The notes under the pieces are model-generated. The model was not told the origin of the DNA and did not search any database. It was given only the letters and a program-made list of their open reading frames with translations. Made by a program: the position numbers and the translations under genes. Positions 32,522 to 41,172 of a stretch of 41,172 nucleotides of DNA are shown here, in pieces. Position 1 is the stretch's first letter; the number at the start of each line of letters is the position of its first letter. The stretch covers positions 671,546-712,717 of the forward strand of contig BCKZ01000012.1 of assembly GCA_001600815.1 (NCBI GenBank), written 5' to 3'. The DNA is from Alloascoidea hylecoeti. Taxonomy: Eukaryota.

Positions 32522-35506
32522 ATGTCCTTTCAATCTCACTCTAGAAATAGTCGCAAACGCTACTCGAGGGATCCTGATTATGATAGAAACATGCCAATAA
32601 ATGAACATATAACTCCGATTGATCAGAAGGGTTCAGAAAGAATACTGTATAATCCATACGGTGACTCAAAATTTTCAAATCCAAAGCCAAAGTATATTCC
32701 GAATAAAAATAATGATAACACCTTTTCTTCAACTGCAATACAAAAGGGTAGCCCCAAGGGTTTTCAACGTAACAGATCAACGTTACAATCTCCTACATCT
32801 GATTATGTAGTAACACCAAAGATTCTTCTGAGAACTAACGCAGAACAAATACAGCAGATAGCTACCGCCACAGTCCCAGAGAAGAAACCAAAATTTAATG
32901 GTCTCGGAAAAACGGAATCTGTTGAGTCAATACATATTGTAGGTGGGAACGGAAATCTAACCATAAACTTGGAACCAAATCCACTTGCAAATCTCAAATC
33001 CAAAGCGGATTACAAGGAATTGACCTCAACTCTCCAGGAAATATACTCAACAATTTGGAAGCAAGAAAAGGAATCATCTAGAAGGATTAACCAAATGAAA
33101 GATTCCTTGAAAAGCTCCCAAAATAATATCTCCCTTCTTACTGAAGAGTTATGGTTATTGTGTAAATTTCAAGTGTCTTTTTTGGAGTCGTATCATGATT
33201 TTCTATTCTATGCATATAGAGGAGGTTTAAATGAAGTCTCAAATCCGGGTCCTGGTTATGTTTCTAAATACCAAATTCCCTTACGCTTACGAAAATTTGG
33301 AATATTGAGATTTTTAGAAGTTTTAAAACAGGTAAAGTCGGCTTTTATAGACAATGAGGTGTCTGCTTTTTTCATATCTCGTTCCTTTGACATTCTTTCG
33401 ACGCTTCTTGATAGCCCATTTCAGTTTTCAGAAATCTGGGCTGAAACAATTGCTGATATATCAAGGAGTGCCATCACCATGTATAATCGGGATGAAATTG
33501 ATTGGAAGGTCTCTGCGAAATATTGGTACTCGTATGCTTCAAGGTATCTTCTTGGATCAGGAAAACTTTATTATCACCAAGCCCTTGTTTCCCAAGAGAG
33601 AATGGAAATACTCACCCTTCTATCTAAAGCTACTATTTCCCGTGACCCGTATAACATCTCCATAAGCATGATTTTTTCATTACTCCCAAATAATACACAT
33701 TCCTATGAACCTCAGTCCGAACAATTCATATCGAACTTCTTAAGCATTCATTCTTTGGTACAGAAAAATGCAGAAAATATAGAAAATACAGATAGTACAA
33801 TTGATTTAGCAGTTGATAACTTCAATGAATGTTTTGGCAACATGAGATTGGCTTTGGGAGACGTATTTTTCCACGAGACACTCCTCGATAAACAAAGTTT
33901 CTCATCACGCTTGGCCAATGATGATGACAATCATACTTTTCTAAGACTAGGATTTTGGTTTCAGCAGGCAACGTCATTATTTATCATAAATAATGCTCGA
34001 TTATTTGACTTTGGGTCCAATGGAGATAATCCATTTAGTATGCTATTTGGTTTGGTGAGATTAAAAGCATTGCCTGAGCAAGATTCTTTTAAGATTCACA
34101 AGCATAGAGACAAAAACTACCGTGATGAGAAGAATGATGGTTATTATAGTCTAAATTTCAAAGAACTATCCTTAGAGGACCATCGGTTGATAGAATTAAT
34201 AAATAAACCAGAAAATGAATGGATTTCCAGGGTAAAGGATATAAACCCCCAAGGTTTAGTAATAGCATTCCTAACTTTGGCCGAATACATGACTTACCCA
34301 ATTTCAGTGGGCTCGCCACACATTTTACTCTGGTTATATTTTTTGAATTCTCTATCAATTGCGACCACTATCTGCCAGAACGCTAAACCTCTAATAGATA
34401 TCCTTTTTGGACGATTATTTTGTTGGGATTTATTAGTCGATTATCTTGGTCGAATTAGAAATGCAATAAACAGCGATAAGGAGGAGAGACCTGCCACTGA
34501 AACGCCAACGAATTGTGATCTCCAAGAGGTGAAAAATATCTTGGGAATTAAATGGATGGATTTGCTCGACAAGGGTTCTTCTGACAATGGAATTGATGGT
34601 TTACTCCCAACAGACTGCACCCTTAATCAAACTAATGAAACTGATTTTAACTTTGTATTAAATCGTAAAATCAGATATAAAAGAATACTTGAACTTGCTG
34701 AGAATTTGGCTAATGTTAATGCTTTTGGCATCTGTATGAATGAAGATATGGTAATTTCTGTGGATGCCAATAGTTGGAAATGTTTAAGAAAGAAAGTTTC
34801 AACAAGTTCAGATGTTATTATAGAAAATTATTTCAATACCAAAATATTTTCCACTCTGAAAACACAGTTCAATGAACTATTAACAACAAGCCAAAGGCTT
34901 GACAACAGGCTTAACGAAGTTTTTGATGAAACACAAAATAAGGAAAGAACGAACGCTTTGGAGCAGCATATTAAAACTACAACATTCATATTTGATACCA
35001 ATATGTGGTTGAAGCATAGTAGTTCTATTTATCGACTAATAGAACAAGGAGAAATCAATTGTATGATTCCCGTTATTGTTTATTCAGAGCTAAGGCATTT
35101 GAAGTATTCTAAAGATATTCAATTAAACGAGATCTCCTCTCGTGCCGCATTTGTCGTGAAACAGCTACTTAAAATGAAAATGATTGCAATTTTAAATATT
35201 GACGGTGAAGAAATAAGGTTGAATGATATCACGGGAAATACCGATCACAACTCTCATCTGAGTAAATTATTAAAACAGAAAAATGATGATTTGATTATTG
35301 ATGGAGTTAATAAATATCAAAACACTTTACGTCTAGGCTTGGTTGAATCAACTCGTACTCATACTGATGAAGAATCAGGCAAAACTCCTATCAAAAATTG
35401 TGCCCTTATAACTGAAGATAGAAATATGAGACTTAAAACTGTGCCCTTAAATATTGAATGCTTTTCTAGAAAATGGTTCTTAATTCAATTTGTACAGCTA
35501 GTTTAA
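32522..35506 (+). CDS. ESL1: Est1/SMG5-6-like protein with C-terminal PIN nuclease domain (Esl1/Esl2 family)
   Basis: Est1-type helical domain (SAKYWYSYASRYLLGSGKLYYH). PIN motifs FIFDTN, IPVIVYSELRHLK, NDDLI, LITEDRNMRLK. First ATG is at 32522. Confidence 0.8.
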   Translation: MSFQSHSRNSRKRYSRDPDYDRNMPINEHITPIDQKGSERILYNPYGDSKFSNPKPKYIPNKNNDNTFSSTAIQKGSPKGFQRNRSTLQSPTSDYVVTPKILLRTNAEQIQQIATATVPEKKPKFNGLGKTESVESIHIVGGNGNLTINLEPNPLANLKSKADYKELTSTLQEIYSTIWKQEKESSRRINQMKDSLKSSQNNISLLTEELWLLCKFQVSFLESYHDFLFYAYRGGLNEVSNPGPGYVSKYQIPLRLRKFGILRFLEVLKQVKSAFIDNEVSAFFISRSFDILSTLLDSPFQFSEIWAETIADISRSAITMYNRDEIDWKVSAKYWYSYASRYLLGSGKLYYHQALVSQERMEILTLLSKATISRDPYNISISMIFSLLPNNTHSYEPQSEQFISNFLSIHSLVQKNAENIENTDSTIDLAVDNFNECFGNMRLALGDVFFHETLLDKQSFSSRLANDDDNHTFLRLGFWFQQATSLFIINNARLFDFGSNGDNPFSMLFGLVRLKALPEQDSFKIHKHRDKNYRDEKNDGYYSLNFKELSLEDHRLIELINKPENEWISRVKDINPQGLVIAFLTLAEYMTYPISVGSPHILLWLYFLNSLSIATTICQNAKPLIDILFGRLFCWDLLVDYLGRIRNAINSDKEERPATETPTNCDLQEVKNILGIKWMDLLDKGSSDNGIDGLLPTDCTLNQTNETDFNFVLNRKIRYKRILELAENLANVNAFGICMNEDMVISVDANSWKCLRKKVSTSSDVIIENYFNTKIFSTLKTQFNELLTTSQRLDNRLNEVFDETQNKERTNALEQHIKTTTFIFDTNMWLKHSSSIYRLIEQGEINCMIPVIVYSELRHLKYSKDIQLNEISSRAAFVVKQLLKMKMIAILNIDGEEIRLNDITGNTDHNSHLSKLLKQKNDDLIIDGVNKYQNTLRLGLVESTRTHTDEESGKTPIKNCALITEDRNMRLKTVPLNIECFSRKWFLIQFVQLV

Positions 35507-35531
35507 ATATTATTCCTTGTAAGAAAATAAA

Positions 35532-36569
35532 TTATTTATTTAAATTGAAACATTTCCATTTGAGATATACCCTTATACCTGCAACTTTACTGGAATTTTG
35601 ATAAAGATTATAAAAAGGCTCAGCTAGAATAATCATTTGGTTTGCACATAATTCCGTTGTTCCTAGAGGATCTATCAGCATTACACTGAATGAGCTGTTT
35701 AATCCATAATCATCTTTGGATTTATCTTGCGAAGTCAATGTGACTATATAGCAATTTGTATTCCATTTCTGTAAGCCAATGATTTTATACACCGGGAAAT
35801 CAATGCCTTCGACATGCTCATAGTCGGGGGATTCCGTTATAAAATGTGAATATTCTTTTATTTCAAACCATCCAATAGTATCAGCAATGCTGTTATATGC
35901 CTGTTGTGTAATACCTTTTGGATGATGGTCTAAAAATGGCAAAAGCTCTAAATTGACAGGTAAACAAAGACTTGAACCGGAGCTATCTATTGATTTGGAA
36001 TATTTAATATTGTGTTCTATTAAGGGGGGCGAATCTGAGGAATTTAAAGATGCCCTAGAGTTACTGATAAGGGATGACAATGAATTAATTACTGGTGATG
36101 CTGTGTGATGGTGTATTGCTTTGGGGGTCACAATTTTATCGCCACAAGACAACAAAGAAATAGAAGATTGATTTAAATCACCCCCAAGATGTAGTTCGGA
36201 AAGTTTGAAAGACGGGTTCCCAGTTTGTTGTTTTCTTATGCCAACTGAATGTCGTGTTGGTGTTCCGAGAGGTTGTGATCGCTTAAGCCTCGATCTCAGC
36301 TTCCCGGTATCAAGGATCGAATGGTTGTTCATCTTTTGGTGAGATTTGATAACTTCGTTGATATTTTCATCTCGCTCCTCTGTTTCTGAAATAATTAAAC
36401 GGCAACGTTTTTTTGGCCGTGGTGTTGTAATAGTGGGATTCGTCAAAATTTGTCGAAGCCGATTAATTTCATTCGTTATACTGGACAATTTATGATTTGA
36501 ACTCTCACACTTTCTGTTATCAATATTATTGAGTTCCACTACGTGGTCTTTTGATGGAGTATTCTTCAT
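35532..36569 (-). CDS. Hypothetical protein with a disordered N-terminus and a beta-rich C-terminal domain
   Basis: 345-codon ATG-initiated ORF in AT-rich DNA, convergent with ESL; no family confidently recognised. Confidence 0.65.
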   Translation of the reverse strand: MKNTPSKDHVVELNNIDNRKCESSNHKLSSITNEINRLRQILTNPTITTPRPKKRCRLIISETEERDENINEVIKSHQKMNNHSILDTGKLRSRLKRSQPLGTPTRHSVGIRKQQTGNPSFKLSELHLGGDLNQSSISLLSCGDKIVTPKAIHHHTASPVINSLSSLISNSRASLNSSDSPPLIEHNIKYSKSIDSSGSSLCLPVNLELLPFLDHHPKGITQQAYNSIADTIGWFEIKEYSHFITESPDYEHVEGIDFPVYKIIGLQKWNTNCYIVTLTSQDKSKDDYGLNSSFSVMLIDPLGTTELCANQMIILAEPFYNLYQNSSKVAGIRVYLKWKCFNLNK

Positions 36570-37065
36570 TATTATTGAGGTCTTAACGGAAGAGTAAGTA
36601 AATTTTATTTATCCTGCTAGAATTCTAGTACCAGGGGGGTGAAAAAAGGAACACCTGGAAGAGGGAGAATAAACTTAGCTTCCAAATCGTTACAATATGG
36701 AGATGCTTACTTAATCTAACTGATGTAAAGGGTGTATGAGAAGCAAATCAGAAAAACAGATTCTCAACACAACAACGAATTCAAAGTTTGTTTTGGCCGA
36801 ATATTAGTGCACAGTTAAAATAAGATAATTAGTATTTTTGAATAAAGTTTTTAAGTTTAAGTTAAAATTAATTAACGTAAAGTTCACGGTAGCGTATAAC
36901 TCTATTAAAAGATCTTATAAGTAATTTAGAACCACTTGGTGATAGATTCCTTAAGAAGGGTGCCCACTCATACAGTCCTCCCACCTATTAATAGCGCAAT
37001 TTTTGAGAAAAATTAGCGAAATGGCTGAGGGTTATTTAGCGATACTCCCTTAGATTAATAAGCCA

Positions 37066-37992
37066 TTACTTTGGAAGTTTTGGATAACTATGAATGGTAA
37101 CTTCTTTTGTGGTGTTCAATAACTGAAAATCTTTGTATTCCTCAAAAGATTTGTTCTTCTCATAACTAATTCCTCTAGTCTTGGTCTGGATAAGATATTG
37201 AATAACCCTATGAGCAGCTTTGAGATGTTGATTGGTTGGATTTGTCAAGAATCTAGATAATAAAGAAGCACTGAAAGAAATATCAGGTCTGCAAGTATTT
37301 GAAGTAAAGTTGATAACACCTACAATGCTTTGATAATACTTCTGTTCCTTATCATTCAACAATGGAGATTCTTCATATGGATTAAAACCTTTAACAAGAG
37401 GAGTAATAACTTTAGATTCTTTGTGAAGATTGTAATCACTTTAAATCTTAGTCAAAAAATCATGTAAAGAGATCTTAATACCACTTGTTTCAGTTCTATT
37501 GAGATTCATACCAAGAAATACTTTAGGAAACCCAGAATCCTTAATTGGAAATTTTGCTTTCATACCCTTTTTTATTTCATTCATGACTTTCTCAGGAGCA
37601 CCAAACAATGAGTCATCAACACAAATAGGGAGTAGACTATCATTTTGGTAAAATAAACAAGGTTCCAATTCACTTTGAGAGTAGTTTAAATTTCTAAGAA
37701 CTTCAGAGATTGTCTTGAACCAAACACTAGGTGCCTGCTTTAGACCATAAACAGCACGTTTCAACTTCCAAACCTTGTATGAATCAACTCCTGCACCATC
37801 TGGAGGGTTTAAGTAAATTTCATGATCAATAGGTCCATGCAAAAAGGCGGTTGTAACATCCAGTTGACACAACTGCCAATCCTTCTGTACCACCATGTTA
37901 AGAACAAATCTGAGCATTTCATAGGAACAAACTGGAGCATAGATATCGAGATAATCTTTTCCAAGCTCTTGTTTGAAGCCTTTTGCAACAAT
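37066..37992 (-). mobile_element. Ty1/copia reverse transcriptase fragment (pseudogenised)
   Basis: VAKGFKQ..G.DY...YAPV, QLDVTTAFL, LKRAVYGLKQAP, CVDD in place of YVDD, YQSIVG...RPDI. In-frame TAA at 37441-37443; truncated at both ends. Confidence 0.92.
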
Positions 37993-39823
37993 CAATTTAT
38001 CTGGTAATTCTTCTATTGACTCTTCTGGTGATACAATTATGAGAGATATGGTAACTTCTACACCAAAGAAGCACTTAATCCCTGTGTCAAATCATAATAA
38101 CCTTGACCTTTTGAATGAATCTACCCATGAATATCATATTGAAGACACAACTGATCAAGAATTCTTGCCATATGAACAAAACGCTATTGATATTGAAGAA
38201 GCAAATGATGATGATGATCCTTTAAATGTTTTGGAAAGACAACTAGTCACAAAGCCCAAATATCTACATGTGGCTAAAAACACCATCAACAACTCTTCAA
38301 ATTCATTAAATGGTTTAGATAAATCCTTATCACATTATTTTGATACTGAAGAAGAAGATGAATCATTATTGTTAATGCCATCAAATACAGAAATTATCCC
38401 TAAGACATATAATGAAGTACTCCGATCTGACCACAAAAAAGAATGGATTGAAGCAATGGATAGAGAACTACAAAGTCTAAGAGATAACAAAGTATTTGAA
38501 GAAACATATGAATATATTCCAAAATCTTCCATTGTTAGTTCAAGATGGGTTTTTGCACTGAAGAATCTTGATTCAAAACCTTTGTACAAAGCAAGACTAG
38601 TTGCAAAGGGTTTCTCACAAGAAAAAGGCATATATTTCTCCTCTACATACTCTCCGGTTTCATCCCATGACAGTTTAAGANCACTGTTGTCTTTACACAC
38701 ACAAAAACCAAATGAAACTATGGTTCAATTTGATGTAAAAACAGCTTTCCTTTCTTCAAACCTCAGTGAATGTATATACATGCATCCTCCACCTGGNATT
38801 AAATCAAATCCTAATTGTATTTGGAGACTTCATCGTTCTTTATATGGATTAAAACAATCACCCATGAACTTCTATCATAAAATCTCTGAAGTTTTAAAAT
38901 CTATTGGTATGAAAAATTCTNTTGTTGAACCTTGTGTATTTTACACATCTAAGGTTAAATTGATAATCTATGTTGACGATGGATTACTTTTTGGAATGAA
39001 AAAAGATATTGATGAGGTTCTTATTCATCTTCAAAAAGAATTTACATTAACTATCAATAGAANACCAAAGATCTTTTTGGGNATANCAATTAATAACATA
39101 AATANGGGGGNANTTAAGTTNAGCTTAAGTGATTACTTATCAAAGATACAAACTGAGAATAAAATCACTCCTAATTATCGTAATTATACACCTCTACCAG
39201 AAAATTATGATATTAATAGTCCCTCAGAACTTCTTAACAAGAATAAAATTACTCATTATCAAAAGATTATTGGAATTCTTAATTATGCCACTTCAACAGT
39301 AAGAATGGATATTGCTTATGCTACAAGTTTATTGGCTAGGAAATCTCAATCACCAACACAATCCAATTTGAAGGCTGCTAAAAGAGTTTTGAACTATTTG
39401 ATTGCTAGTAAAGATTTAGGTANTACTTATAAACAAAATAATACGTTGGATATTGAAATTGTTAACTCCCTCTATATGAAAGAAAGAAAACCTGAAATTA
39501 TTGATTTACCAAATGACAATGAAATAAAAGTAATTACTGATGCATCTTGGGCTGATCAAAAAGATAGGTCTTCTACTTTTGGATTCATAACTGTTATGAA
39601 CAATAACATTGTCTCTTGGAAATCCAAAAAGATTTCAAATATTACTTTGTCAACGTGCGAATCTGAAATTGTGGGAATTGTGGAAGGAACTAAGAATGCC
39701 TTATTTATCAGAAACTTCTTAAAGGAATTAAAATTTATTTTAAATCCGATTAAAGTTGTTAATGATAATATGGCAGCTCTTTCGGTTGCTGATCACTACT
39801 GTAACCGATCGAAGCATATTGAA
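37993..39823 (+). mobile_element. Ty1/copia pol fragment (integrase C-terminal linker, RT, RNase H), a different family from the adjacent fragment
   Basis: PKTYNEV...W.EAM..E, SRWVF, YKARLVAKGFSQ, QFDVKTAFL, LYGLKQSP, YVDD, TDASWA, SWKSKK...LSTCESE, DNMAAL, RSKHI. Confidence 0.95.
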
Positions 39824-41172
39824 CACAATTTCAGATTCGCACGTTGACAAAGTAATATTTGAAATCTTTTTGGATTTCCAAGAGACAATGTTATTGTTCA
39901 TAACAGTTATGAATCCAAAAGTAGAAGACCTATCTTTTTGATCAGCCCAAGATGCATCAGTAATTACTTTTATTTCATTGTCATTTGGTAAATCAATAAT
40001 TTCAGGTTTTCTTTCTTTCATATAGAGGGAGTTAACAATTTCAATATCCAACGTATTATTTTGTTTATAAGTANTACCTAAATCTTTACTAGCAATCAAA
40101 TAGTTCAAAACTCTTTTAGCAGCCTTCAAATTGGATTGTGTTGGTGATTGAGATTTCCTAGCCAATAAACTTGTAGCATAAGCAATATCCATTCTTACTG
40201 TTGAAGTGGCATAATTAAGAATTCCAATAATCTTTTGATAATGAGTAATTTTATTCTTGTTAAGAAGTTCTGAGGGACTATTAATATCATAATTTTCTGG
40301 TAGAGGTGTATAATTACGATAATTAGGAGTGATTTTATTCTCAGTTTGTATCTTTGATAAGTAATCACTTAAGCTCAACTTAANTNCCCCCNTATTTATG
40401 TTATTAATTGNTATNCCCAAAAAGATCTTTGGTNTTCTATTGATAGTTAATGTAAATTCTTTTTGAAGATGAATAAGAACCTNATCAATATCTTTTTTCA
40501 TTCCAAAAAGTAATCCATCNTCAACATANATTATCAATTTAACCTTAGATGTGTAAAATACACAAGGTTCAACAANAGAATTTTTCATACCAATAGATTT
40601 TAAAACTTCAGAGATTTTATGATAGAAGTTCATGGGTGATTGTTTCAATCCATATAAAGAATGATGAAGTCTCCAAATACAATTAGGATTTGATTTAATA
40701 CCAGGTGGAGGATGCATGTATATACATTCACTGAGGTTTGAAGAAAGGAAAGCTGTTTTTACATCAAATTGAACCATAGTTTCATTTGGTTTTTGTGTGT
40801 GTAAAGACAACAGTGNTCTTAAACTGTCATGGGATGAAACCGGAGAGTATGTAGAGGAGAAATATATGCCTTTTTCTTGTGAGAAACCCTTTGCAACTAG
40901 TCTTGCTTTGTACAAAGGTTTTGAATCAAGATTCTTCAGTGCAAATACCCATCTTGAACTAACAATGGAAGATTTTGGAACATGTTCATATGTTTCTTCA
41001 AATACTTTGTTATCTCTTAAGCTTTGTAATTCCTTGTCCATTGCTTCAAGCCATTCTTGTTTGTGGTCAGATTGGAGTACTTCATTGTATGTCTTAGGTA
41101 TAAGTTCTGTATTTGATGGCATTAACAATAATGATTCATCTTCTTTTTCAGTATCAAAATAATGTGATAATG
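39824..41172 (-). mobile_element. Inverted near-identical copy of the same Ty1/copia pol segment (mirrors 38325-39673)
   Basis: Reverse complement matches 38325-39673, including several shared N positions; runs off the window end. Confidence 0.92.

Overview
Eukaryotic DNA from an intron-containing budding yeast (Saccharomycotina; CUG read as Leu; relaxed splice donors and branch points). 1-15.3 kb is a compact housekeeping block: RTC1/SEA2 (5'-truncated), a BEM46-like hydrolase, CDC33/eIF4E, 4-exon ATP16, MED2, PTC1, BMT2, MAK5, 3-exon SUP45/eRF1 and LEM3. It keeps several S. cerevisiae gene adjacencies. 15.3-30.3 kb is AT-rich and almost gene-free: one aquaporin, several decayed Tc1/mariner DNA transposons, a TA-flanked MITE, and patches that look stripped of CpA/TpG. 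30.3-36.6 kb holds an ODC antizyme gene that needs a +1 ribosomal frameshift at CCC-UGA (with candidate RNA structures around the site), spliced PCC1, an Est1/SMG6-like PIN protein (ESL) and an orphan ORF. The window ends in Ty1/copia pol fragments, including a ~1.35 kb inverted duplication that may be an assembly artefact. All identities come from motif recognition and recalled synteny, not from database searches.
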